Shown: piece by piece, positions 19,161 to 28,960 of the stretch | Numbering within the stretch: position 1 is the stretch's first letter | Layout of the letters: each line of letters opens with the position of its first letter | NCBI RefSeq assembly: GCF_000008305.1 | Contig: NC_006055.1 | Location: forward strand, 570,001-602,000 | Source of the DNA: Mesoplasma florum L1 | Lineage (GTDB): Bacteria > Bacillota_I > Bacilli_A > Mycoplasmatales > Mycoplasmataceae | DNA: 32,000 bases | Direction: 5' to 3' | The notes under the pieces: model-generated | The model's input: only the letters and a program-made list of their open reading frames with translations | Database searches by the model: none | What the model was told of the DNA's origin: nothing | Position numbers and translations under genes: made by a program

Positions 19161-20759
19161 TTATTTTTTGATAATCATTGAAGGTTGAGTCATTTCTTTA
19201 GGAATTTCTAATCCCATAATATCTAAAATTGTTGGTGCAACTTTAGCTATAGCTGGATCAAAATCACTTAACTCAATTGTTTTATCAGTAACAATTATTG
19301 GAACTAAACTAGTTGTGTGTTTTTTGTTAGGTCCTCCAGTTTCATCGATCATGATTTCTGCATTACCATGATCAGCTGTAATAACCATTACACCATTGTG
19401 TTTTAAAACAAATTCATCGTGAATACGTTTTAATTGTTCATCTAAAACTTTTACACCTTTAACAGTTGCATCATTATTACCTGTATGACCAACCATGTCA
19501 CAGTTAGCGAAGTTTAATACGATTAAATCAAATTCATCTTTTTTAACTTCTTCTAATAATTTATCTGTAATTTCAACAGCTGACATTTCTGGTTTTAAAT
19601 CATAAGTTGCAACTTTTGGTGATGAAATTAAATCAATACTTGCATGAGGTAAAGAAATTTCTTCAGGTTTTGCTAAACCATTTTTAAAGTAATCGTTTCC
19701 TCCGTCAAAGAAGAAAGTAACGTGAGCAATTTTTTCAGTTTCAGCAATTCTTAATTGTTTTAATCCTAAACTTGAAATGTATTCTCCTAAAGTATTAGTT
19801 AATGGAGTTGGTGGATATGCTATAAATTGTGAAGTTACACTATCTGCATATTTCATTGTCGAAACAAATCTAATTTTGTCTCCAATAAATTCAACATCTT
19901 TGAATGCTTCATCATTTCATGCTGGATAATTATTATTTGTCATGATTGATGCCATTTGAATAGCACGATCAGGACGGAAGTTAGTAAAGATCATAGCATC
20001 ATTTGCTTTTAATTCTGAATCAACAACACTTGCATTATAAGCAGGAACAATCATTTCATCATCTAATCCATTTTCATATGCTGCTTTAACATATTCAATT
20101 GGGTCTGTAAATTTAGGTTGATCAACTTTTCTTTCAGTCATTGTTATATATGCTGCTGCACTTCTTTCAAATCTTTTATCACGATCCATTGCAAAATATC
20201 TTCCACTAATTGAAGCTATTTCACCAATGTTGTTGTTATCTTTAATAACTTGTAATAATTGATTAATATATTGTTCTGCAACTTTTGGTGCTGTATCTCT
20301 ACCATCAGTAATTAAATCAAATTTAATATTTGTTAAACCAAATTTAACTGCTGCTTTATACATTGAAATCATATGATTCATATGAGAGTGAACTCCACCA
20401 TCTGAGAATAATCCCATTAAGTGCAATGCACTATTGTGTTCTTTAACATATTTAAATGTATCCACTAATACTTCGTTTGTTAAAAATCCATCAACTTTAA
20501 CTTCATGATTTAGTTTTGCTAAAGATTCCATGTTAATTCTTCCAGCACCTAAATGAATATGCCCTACTTCTGAGTTACCCATTTGTCCTTCTGGTAAACC
20601 TACTCATTCACCTGAAGCATGTGCTTTAACTCATGGATACATACCCATCATTTCTTTTACAAATTTTTGATCAGCATTAGCAACTGCATTACCAACACCA
20701 GCTTCTTCAATTCCTCAACCATCTAAAATGGCTAAGATAACAGGTTTTTTAACATTCAT
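19161..20759 (-). CDS. gpmI: 2,3-bisphosphoglycerate-independent phosphoglycerate mutase (532 aa)
   Basis: ORFs 19161-19856 and 19917-20582 plus an N-terminal extension share one frame (1599 nt). N-terminus is MNVKKPVILAILDGWG. Other motifs: GNSEVGHIHLGAGR, ITADHGNAE. Confidence 0.95.
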
Positions 20760-20774
20760 TTTTATTTCTCCTTG

Positions 20775-21596
20775 TTATTTATTTAAAATGTACTTGTTAA
20801 CAAATTCTGCAACAGCACCTTCTGTATTTTCTTTATCTATATAGACTTGAGCAACTTCTTTAATTCTTGGTTCTGAATTTTTTAAAGCTACTCCAATTCC
20901 AGCATGTTCAATCATTGGTAAATCATTCATACCATCACCCATTGCAGCAATGTTTTCTAATGGAATATTAAAGTATTCTGACAATCAATCAATCGCAAAT
21001 TTTTTATTAATTCCTGGCGCATTGATTTCAGCAATTTTTCCATCATTAGTTGCAATATTTAAATTGAACTCTTTTTCAAATTTTTCATAAAGATCATAAT
21101 TACCGTTGAATCCTAAAATTTTGAAAAAGTCAAAATTAAAATTATCTTTAACATCTTCATAGATTAGATATTCTCCATCAAAAAATCTTCCTTCTCAATG
21201 ACATTCTTCATTATAAACATCATTAACTTTTCTTGAAAGAATAACTGTATTTAAATCATCAACATATCCTCATAGAATTGTATCTGTATTTTTAACTTCT
21301 TCAAATAATTGTTTAGCTTGGTCAGATTTAATTGGACTACTTTTTAAAACCTTTTCAGTATTTAAATCATAAATACATCCAGAGTTACATCCAATTAAAA
21401 TTGCATTCTCTTCGGCCAAATTATGAGCTTTTAAATTATTTGGTTTTGCTAAAACTGGTCTTCCAGTAACAAAAGCTACTTTAGTACCAGTTTTAATAGC
21501 ATCTTGTAATGGCTTAATATTAGATTCGATAATATTTCCCATCTTGTGATAAGAAGTACCATCCATATCTAAAACTAAAAGCTTAATTTCATTCAT
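20775..21596 (-). CDS. Cof-type HAD-IIB family phosphatase (273 aa)
   Basis: ORFs 20775-20984 and 21270-21596 are in one frame. I checked the gap codon by codon and found only TGA. Motifs: LVLDMDGT (motif I), FVTGR, GDGMNDLPM (motif IV). Confidence 0.85.
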
Positions 21597-21599
21597 TAA

Positions 21600-22346
21600 T
21601 TATTTTTTGTAATTGATTAATGCAATAAAATCATCAGCTTTTAATGAAGCTCCACCAACAAGTGCTCCATCAATGTTTGGTTGTGACATTAATTCAGCAA
21701 TGTTTGATGGGTTAACACTTCCACCATATTGAATAGTAATTTGTTGTGCAGTTTTTTCGTCATAAATTTTTGTTAAATTTTTACGAATAGCTTCACACAC
21801 TTTTTCAGCATCTTCACTTGTTGCAGTTTTACCTGTTCCAATAGCTCAGATTGGTTCATAAGCAATAATTGTTTTTAATGCATCCTCTGCACTAATTCCT
21901 TTATATGCTTTTTTAATTTGTGCGTTTACAAATGTAACAGTTTTTTTAGCTTCTTTAGTTTCTAAAGTTTCACCACAACAAATAATTGGTGTGATTCCTG
22001 CAGCTAATAATGCAGTAGCTTTTTTGTTTACTGTTTCATCAGTTTCAGCAAACATTTCTCTTCTTTCTGAGTGACCAATAATAACGTATTGTACTCCTAC
22101 TTCTTGTAACATTGAAATTGAAACTTCTCCAGTAAATGCTCCTTTTTCAGCAAAGTGAACATTTTGTGCAGCAACTTTAACATTTTTTGCTTTTTCAATT
22201 CCTTTTGATAATAATGTAAATGGTAATCCTAATCCTGCAACTACATCTGATTTTTTAGCAGCCTTGTCAACTTTTTTTAAGAAAGTAACAAGTTCAGCAT
22301 TAGTTCCGTTCATTTTTCAATTTCCGAAAATTACTTTTTGTCTCAT
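21600..22346 (-). CDS. tpiA: triose-phosphate isomerase (248 aa)
   Basis: ATG 22344-22346. N-terminus is [15 protein letters not shown]. Other motifs: [19 protein letters not shown] (W = TGA), YGGSV. Confidence 0.95.
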
Positions 22347-22410
22347 GATATTTCTCCTCTTGTTTTTTTGTACATTTTTAATTATATAACAATAAGAAAA
22401 TCAATGAAAT

Positions 22411-22440
22411 AAAAAAGATAACAACATTTAAGTTGTTATC
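22411..22440 (-). terminator. rho-independent terminator after the lipoprotein gene
   Basis: Perfect 9-bp stem GATAACAAC-ATTTAA-GTTGTTATC (22417-22440) with flanking A/T runs. Confidence 0.7.
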
Positions 22441-22451
22441 AAAAAATATTT

Positions 22452-24968
22452 TTATTTTTTAACTTGAGTGGTTGTCATTAATTCGTTTTTTCCGTTAATT
22501 CAAATTGAAAATTTTTCATAAACTGGAAATCAACCAGCATTCGCTTTTTTACCTTTAACAGTTATTTGAAACTTACCTGTTTTTTCATCTAAAAGTTTTG
22601 GTGTCTCAATTTCATAAAGATTTGATGCAGGATCTTGAGTTAAATAAACATCATCAATTTTAGATTTAAAATTGTTTACTGTAAACAGAAGGTTTTTTTC
22701 TTCGTTCTCTTTTATTTCTAATCTATTGCTATTATTCAATGTTCAATTTTCTCCAATAGTTGTAACATATGGTAAAGCTCATACATTGGCTGTTATTTCA
22801 ATTTTTTGATTAGGATCATCTTCTTGATATAAATTTATAAGACTTGTCACGTCATCTTTTGCAGTTGATGAAACTTTAATAGTTAAAAATTGTCTGTTGT
22901 TTTTAACATTAACTTTTCCATCAGTTTCAGCAATAACTTCTGGATTATCAGATTCTATTTTAAAAGTTTTACCTGATAAATTTTTACCATAAACTTCATA
23001 TGTATTTAAAGTTGGGTTTCTCATATCAAAAGTTAAAGAATCTTTTTCTTCAAACTCAGCAGGCATATATCATGTACCATTATTTGAAAAAACTTTTTCT
23101 CCTGTGTTACCTAATTTGTAATTAATTGTTACTTTATATGATAGTTCTCCTTTGTCAATTCATTCAAAGTAAACATCAGAAATACCACTTATTGATTTTA
23201 AATCAGATTCTACTTGTTTTTGAAGATTGTTTTCTTGTCCTTGTTTTCAATTATAATTATTTTTAATATTATTCAATTCCTTGTCAATATTTTCTGAAAT
23301 ATCAGTTTCTTGTTTTGAAACTAATGTAAATATAGGTCCCATTTCACCATTCAATTTTAAAGCTATTTTTACTTTGCCATTTTCTGGTAAAGATTTAATA
23401 AATTTATAATACAATGTAAATTTTTGCTGATTTTCAGAATCTTGAACTAGTTTTATTTCTGCATATGTTGAAACTGGAAAAGAATTTTCAATTTCTTGAA
23501 GTTGTGAAATAAATTCGAGATTGTCTCCCTTAGCTTTATCGAAATCTTTCATCATAATATCTAAAGATGTTTCATGATTTAAATATCATCCATATTCTGG
23601 TTCTAGTTTAGAAACTATTTCAGGTTTTGCTAATATTATGGTTGTAAATTCTATTGCGTCTTCTTTTTCTTCCTCATCTCAAACTTTAATCACTGCTCGA
23701 ATATTTTTATTGTCATTAGCAACTAATGTAATTTTTCCGTCAGCATAAGTTGCTTGTATTGATGAATCATCTGAACTAACAGATATTTTCTTATTAGTTA
23801 AATTTTTCCCTTTTACATCAATTAATATTTTGTTAGTTTTTCTCATATCGATTGTTTGATTTTCGATCTTATCAAAACTTGCAGATTCATATTTTAATAG
23901 TGTACCACTTATTGAAGATGGACCAAAAAAATCATTTGAATAACTTAATTTAATATTATATTTTAATGCTACTTCATCTTCTCAAGAAAACTCTGCATTT
24001 AAAATCCCTTCAATTTTTAAGTTAGATTCAACTGCATTTTTTGCTGAAACTGAACTTTTATATTCTTTTGACTCAAAAATATTCTTAGCTGTTTTAATAG
24101 CTTCAGTCAAATTGGTTTTAAGTTGTATAACTCCCTCAGCATTTTCAGGACCTTTGCTTTTTTCATCATATTTAATTGAAATAGTATAGTTATAAGGCGC
24201 TCACTGATCTCAAACTAAACTTGTTTTTTCAACACCTTCTATACTTTCAAAAGTTGATTTAATAAATTTTGCAGCAGCAATTTTCGACTCATATTTTTTA
24301 TTATCCTTACTGATTGACTGGTTAGCAGCATAAATATCAGTGGTTAAATTATTTTTTAAATTTATCAAAACTTCTATTTTTTCTGGGCCTTCAACATTAT
24401 TTCTATAATTTAAACTAATTTCAAATTTTAATTGACTTCTTACCGTTAATATTTTAACAACACTAACTTGATCAACACCAGTAATCGATTTAAATTTAGT
24501 TCTAATGTTTTCTTTTGCCTCATCTTCATTATTGTAAAAAGTCATACTTAACTCTTTAGCAACTTCACTTACGTTTTTTTCATTATTTATTTTAATTATT
24601 ACATCAAACTCTCCTGCTGATGTTTTTGGTCATATATAACCTTTTTTTAATTTTCCTTTAATATGGATAGAAGAAACTGAATCAGTTCCATAAACACTTC
24701 CTGTTAAAGAATCTATTCCTTCAGTTTTTCAATCTGATTTTGATTGAATATCTTTTATCGCACTTTCTTTACTATCAAATGCTCCTTTTTCATTTAAATA
24801 GTTTTGAACTTCCATCTTTAATAAAACCTGACTGCTTTCCTTATCAGTGGTTTTTTGATCAGTTGTTCCGCCTTTATTTTTATCACCCTTAAAAGAACAA
24901 GACACAGCTGTTGCACTTGCTCCTCCAACGATACTAACTGCAGCTAGTAAAGTAACTGTTTTTTTCAT
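22452..24968 (-). CDS. large surface lipoprotein (838 aa) with repeated modules, unknown function
   Basis: Five ORF fragments plus the 23556-24209 gap share one frame. I translated the gap and found only TGA. The signal peptide plus lipobox is MKKTVTLLAAVSIVGGASATAVS-C. TAA at 22452-22454. Confidence 0.8.
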
Positions 24969-25008
24969 TTCCCTAACCTCTTTTCTTTATTTAATAAATA
25001 AAAATTAG

Positions 25009-25701
25009 TTAGTTTAAAGGTGGCATAATCCTCATTTTTTCAGTTTTATTAATCTTAGTTTTTAAATATTTAAAAGTTAGTTCATTTTTTTTAATCGTAT
25101 ATGCTAAAAAATGTTTTATTAAATTAATAAAAACAATTTCATTATTTTGATCACATTCATCATTTTCATTGTTTGTTGGTTCATATTTTTGAATTCATAA
25201 AGAAAGATCAACTTCACCTTCATTTTCAATTAATCAGTTCTTTTTAAAAATATATTTTATTACAATATATAAAATAAGACTTATTATAATAATACTCATC
25301 ACTAAGAAAACAATGGTAACTATTTGAATTGATAAAGGCAAAGTCTCTTTAAACCTATTAAAAAATATAAATCGCACAAGCTTGATTGCTAAAAATGGTA
25401 TTATTAAACCTAAAAGTTTAAATATTGACTTTATATTTTCTTTCTTAGTTAAAACATTAATATTTTTATTCTTAATTAAATCTTCGTCATCTCTTGAAAT
25501 GAATCTTATAGTTTCTGAAGTCAATAATATTATTAAAATAATTGAAAAAAGATTATTAACTCTTTCAATAGTCACGTTAGTTGCTTGATAGTTATCTGTT
25601 TTCATAATTTCAAAAGAAAACAAAAAGGCAAACAAAAAGTGTGCACAAACTATTGCATAAATTGAAAAATAAATCATTTTTTTAAATTTTGGTGCATGCA
25701 T
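25009..25701 (-). CDS. membrane protein (230 aa), N-terminal 4xTM plus acidic C-terminal tail, unknown function
   Basis: ORF 25234-25701 continues through two TGA codons to TAA 25009-25011. The C-terminal extension is ...WLIENEGEVDLSLWIQKYEPTNNENDECDQNNEIVF.... Confidence 0.6.
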
Positions 25702-25752
25702 TTTGTTAACCTCCTATTTTATTTATAACTAATTTTACTCTTTTAAAAAAAT

Positions 25753-25773
25753 AAAAAAAGCACATAAGTGCTT
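25753..25773 (-). terminator. rho-independent terminator of the nine-tRNA operon
   Basis: AAGCAC-ATAA-GTGCTT hairpin, followed on the minus strand by TTTTTTTATTTTTTT. Lies 12 nt after tRNA-Phe. Confidence 0.7.
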
Positions 25774-25785
25774 AAATTTTTATAG

Positions 25786-25861
25786 TGGTGGTTGTGGACG
25801 GAATTGAACCGCCGACACGCAGAGCTTCAATCTGCTGCTCTACCAACTGAGCTACACAACC
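25786..25861 (-). tRNA. tRNA-Phe (GAA)
   Basis: rc = GGTTGTGTAGCTCAGTTGGTAGAGCAGCAGATTGAAGCTCTGCGTGTCGGCGGTTCAATTCCGTCCACAACCACCA. Anticodon loop is TTGAAGC. Confidence 0.95.
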
Positions 25862-25863
25862 GA

Positions 25864-25940
25864 TGGCGACCCCAACGGGACTCGAACCCGTGATCTCCTC
25901 CGTGACAGGGAGGCGCGATAACCAACTTCGCTATGGGGCC
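25864..25940 (-). tRNA. tRNA-Asp (GTC)
   Basis: rc = GGCCCCATAGCGAAGTTGGTTATCGCGCCTCCCTGTCACGGAGGAGATCACGGGTTCGAGTCCCGTTGGGGTCGCCA. Anticodon loop is CTGTCAC. Confidence 0.95.
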
Positions 25941-25947
25941 ATTAAAA

Positions 25948-26023
<76 letters not shown>

Positions 26024-26033
26024 ATAAAAAAAA

Positions 26034-26126
26034 TGGCGGAAGATGAGGGATTCGAACCCCCGCTCGGGTTTCCCCGACTCTCGGTTTTCAAGACCGATCC
26101 CTTCAGCCGGACTTGGGTAATCTTCC
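26034..26126 (-). tRNA. tRNA-Ser (TGA), long variable arm
   Basis: rc = GGAAGATTACCCAAGTCCGGCTGAAGGGATCGGTCTTGAAAACCGAGAGTCGGGGAAACCCGAGCGGGGGTTCGAATCCCTCATCTTCCGCCA. Confidence 0.93.
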
Positions 26127-26164
26127 GTGTAATATTCAAGTTGCAACCATATTTTATTAACTAT

Positions 26165-26241
26165 TGGTGGACCTTATTGGACTTGAACCAATGACCGTCC
26201 GGTTATGAGCCGGATGCTCTAACCAACTGAGCTAAAGGTCC
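26165..26241 (-). tRNA. tRNA with CAT anticodon, probably tRNA-Ile2 (lysidine-modified CAU)
   Basis: rc = GGACCTTTAGCTCAGTTGGTTAGAGCATCCGGCTCATAACCGGACGGTCATTGGTTCAAGTCCAATAAGGTCCACCA. The GGACCTTTAGCTCAG 5' end and the position in the conserved Met-Ile-Ser order point to Ile2. A Met assignment cannot be excluded from sequence alone. Confidence 0.8.
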
Positions 26242-26249
26242 TTTAATTA

Positions 26250-26326
26250 TGGTAGCGGGGGCGAGATTTGAACTCGCGACCTTTCGGGTATGAACCGAAC
26301 GCTCTAACCAACTGAGCTACCCCGCC
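26250..26326 (-). tRNA. elongator tRNA-Met (CAT)
   Basis: rc = GGCGGGGTAGCTCAGTTGGTTAGAGCGTTCGGTTCATACCCGAAAGGTCGCGAGTTCAAATCTCGCCCCCGCTACCA. Confidence 0.88.
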
Positions 26327-26335
26327 GTAAAAAAA

Positions 26336-26411
26336 TGGTGGACCCTATCGGGATCGAACCGACGACCCCCTGCGTGCAAGGCAGGTGCTCTCCCAGCTGA
26401 GCTAAGGGCCC
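26336..26411 (-). tRNA. tRNA-Ala (TGC)
   Basis: rc = GGGCCCTTAGCTCAGCTGGGAGAGCACCTGCCTTGCACGCAGGGGGTCGTCGGTTCGATCCCGATAGGGTCCACCA. The G3:U70 identity pair is present. Confidence 0.95.
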
Positions 26412-26424
26412 ACAAAAAATATAA

Positions 26425-26501
26425 TGGTCGGGAAGACAGGATTCGAACCTGCGACCCTTCGGTCCCAAACCGAATGCTCTACCAAGCTGAGCCACTTCCC
26501 G
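26425..26501 (-). tRNA. tRNA-Pro (TGG)
   Basis: rc = CGGGAAGTGGCTCAGCTTGGTAGAGCATTCGGTTTGGGACCGAAGGGTCGCAGGTTCGAATCCTGTCTTCCCGACCA. Confidence 0.95.
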
Positions 26502-26548
26502 ATACGACAATGTTATTACTTTTTCAATAATAACATTAATAATTTAAT

Positions 26549-26625
26549 TGGTGCGCCCGGAGGGACTCGAACCCCCAACCTTTTGATCCGTAGTCAAACG
26601 ATCTATCCAATTGATCTACGGGCGC
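26549..26625 (-). tRNA. tRNA-Arg (ACG)
   Basis: rc = GCGCCCGTAGATCAATTGGATAGATCGTTTGACTACGGATCAAAAGGTTGGGGGTTCGAGTCCCTCCGGGCGCACCA. Confidence 0.95.
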
Positions 26626-26668
26626 ATTTGTTATTATTGGTACACCTTAAAATTTAAGGGACTTTTTT

Positions 26669-26697
26669 ATTATAAATAAGTTTTACTAAAAAAACAA
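26669..26697 (-). promoter_or_regulatory. candidate promoter of the nine-tRNA operon
   Basis: Minus strand has TTGTTT (26692-26697), 17 nt, TATAAT (26669-26674), about 43 nt upstream of tRNA-Arg. The palindrome CCTTAAA-A-TTTAAGG (26645-26659) lies in the leader. Confidence 0.4.
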
Positions 26698-26724
26698 TAG
26701 ATTTTTTACAAATTTAAATTTTGT

Positions 26725-26754
26725 AAAAAAAACCATTCAGATCCCTGAATGGTT
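26725..26754 (-). terminator. rho-independent terminator after tRNA-Cys
   Basis: Perfect 10-bp stem AACCATTCAG-ATCC-CTGAATGGTT (26731-26754), followed on the minus strand by TTTTTTTT. A second AT-only hairpin lies at 26702-26730. Confidence 0.75.
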
Positions 26755-26764
26755 GGTATTTTAT

Positions 26765-26839
26765 TGGAGGCGGCAATCGGATTCGAACCGATGATCAGGG
26801 TGTTGCAGACCCATGCCTTAGCCACTTGGCTATGCCGCC
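26765..26839 (-). tRNA. tRNA-Cys (GCA)
   Basis: rc = GGCGGCATAGCCAAGTGGCTAAGGCATGGGTCTGCAACACCCTGATCATCGGTTCGAATCCGATTGCCGCCTCCA. Anticodon loop is CTGCAAC. Confidence 0.92.
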
Positions 26840-26911
26840 AAATTAATTACTATATAAGTATATAAAAAAAATCTTATTATGTAAATTAATAGTTGTCATT
26901 TACATAATTTT

Positions 26912-26937
26912 AAAAAAATCAGACTTTACTGTCTGAT
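26912..26937 (-). terminator. rho-independent terminator after the paralogous membrane-protein pair
   Basis: ATCAGAC-TTTACT-GTCTGAT hairpin (26918-26937), followed on the minus strand by TTTTTTT. Confidence 0.7.
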
Positions 26938-26941
26938 TAGT

Positions 26942-27961
26942 TTATTTATTCATTTTATCTATTCTTTTAATTATTAAATATCTATATAAAGTTGAAAAGC
27001 CTATGTAGATACCTGCAATAATAACTACGAACATAAAGAATCAAGCAACACCAGGTATACCCAATAAACCGTCTTTAGCAGGAGTTGTTATTTGTAAAAA
27101 GAAATAAGGATAAGCATACATTGATGTTGGAGCAGTTCCACCTGATTCTTTTAATAATCCTCTAAGAATTGCATATACACCATAACTTATTAAAGTGATA
27201 ATACCTTGCATTCAATTTTTGTGTAAAAACTTAGTTGATATATTTTCTTTTGAATCATGGTTCATACCTAAAATAACATATAACACAAATGCAATTGGCC
27301 CAAATGTATGGAATACTTCATTTTCTATTACTGATGTTACACTTGGGAATATTGCTTGTAATAATGATTCACCATTTCCTAAGCTGGTTGCAATTACAGT
27401 AGGTCTTAAACTTAACTGATAAATTAAGAATGTTATAGTAATAAACGTAGCTGTTAATATTGCACCATTAGTACTAATTAATCCTTTTTCACCTTCACTT
27501 TTTGGTTTGATAAATGAAGTTGTCATTCAAACTAAAACTAGTATATTACTTAATAAAGTAAAGAATGAAGTTCTAAATCATATTTCTTCAAAAGGTTGAT
27601 AATTTGCATGTAAAGTTTTAGCTTCACCTATTACTGTAAAGTTAATTGTTGAAATTATATTAAATACATTTTCACCATTAACTTTTGTAATAATTAATCA
27701 ATCATAGTTTTTTCCTTCAGCAAATGTTATCAACTCTTCAACTGTTTTGATATTTGTTTCGGGATTATTTAAAATATCATTTATTTGTTTTACATAAATA
27801 CTTGAATCAATAATAGGTTTTAAATAACTCATAAGTAATACAGCAAATAAAATAATAACAAAAGATAATTTAAATCAAAATTTTCAATCACTAACTGAAT
27901 AGTTATTTGAGAATCATTTATTAACACTTTGTTTTTTTAAAGTAAAATAATTATTTTTCAT
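26942..27961 (-). CDS. polytopic membrane protein (339 aa), paralog A, unknown function
   Basis: ATG 27959-27961, TAA 26942-26944. Contains ORF 27212-27526 and several TGA codons. Shares blocks with the upstream gene: YQPFE, SFFTL(L/I)SN(I/L)L(V/I)L(V/I)WM, NE(V/M)FHT, YG(V/A)YAI(L/I)RGLLK, (A/F)YPY(F/P)FLQ(I/V)T. Confidence 0.7.
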
Positions 27962-28898
27962 TGTTTACTCCTTTTTTTGCTCCTTTGTTTGCATTTTTAA
28001 TAATTATGAAATTATATAAAGAAGTAAATCCAATACAAATACTTGCTATTACTATCATAAAAATTAAAAATAAAACTATTCCTGGTAACTCAATAGCCCC
28101 CATTTTTACATTAAGTTCTGTTACTTGTAAGAATGGATAAGGGAAAGCTTGTTGGCTTGATCCTGGAGTACCACCAGCAACTTTTAATAAACCTCTAATT
28201 ATTGCATATGCTCCGTATGAACAAAGCCCTAAAATACCAAAAACTCAAGTTGTGCTTAATTCTTTAAAATTAAATGCTGTTCCCTTTTCTCACTTAACAC
28301 CAAAAAGTACATAACCAATAAAGAATATTGGTGCAACCGTATGGAACATTTCATTTACAAAATGACTCATGAAATTATTAGCAATCTCTGAAACTGTTAT
28401 TCTTAAAATTAAGTTATAAAGTAAGAAAGTCACTGTTATATAAGCAGCAAATATAATTGAAGTTCTTTTATTTAAAATGCCTTTTTTACCTTCATTTAAA
28501 GGTTTAAATAACGCAACATACATTCAAATTAATATTAATAAATTACTTATTAATGTAAAGAATGAAGACATTTGAATAAATTGTTCAAATGGCTGATAAC
28601 CTGCATGAAGTAATCCATCTGATGTTTTATAAAAAATTAATCTTTCTTGAATAGATTTAGATAAATTTAAATTATCTAAAACTTCTTTTAATTTATCACT
28701 AGCTATATCTGAGCTTAGGTTTAAATCATTTATTTGTTTAACTACAGATGACATATTAACAAATAATTGAATGTAACTGAATAGTACAATAAAAGTCATT
28801 AATACTACGAATAAAGTTTTATATCAAAATCTTCAGTCTTTCAATGTATAGTTTTTATATCAAGCTGTAAGCTTTTCTTTTTTTAAAGTAAAAAACAT
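27951..28898 (-). CDS. polytopic membrane protein (315 aa), paralog B, unknown function
   Basis: ATG 28896-28898, TAA 27951-27953. Joins ORFs 28290-28523 and 28524-28799 across TGA. Overlaps the start of paralog A by 11 nt. Confidence 0.7.
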
Positions 28899-28919
28899 AT
28901 TGCTTCCTTTCAAATAAAA

Positions 28920-28950
28920 AGTATATAACCTTTTAAAAAGATTATATACT
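28920..28950 (-). terminator. rho-independent terminator after potCD
   Basis: AGTATATAA (28920-28928) / TTATATACT (28942-28950) stem with an inner CTTTT/AAAAG extension. Followed on the minus strand by TTTTATTTG. Confidence 0.55.
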
Positions 28951-28960
28951 AATTTAAATA

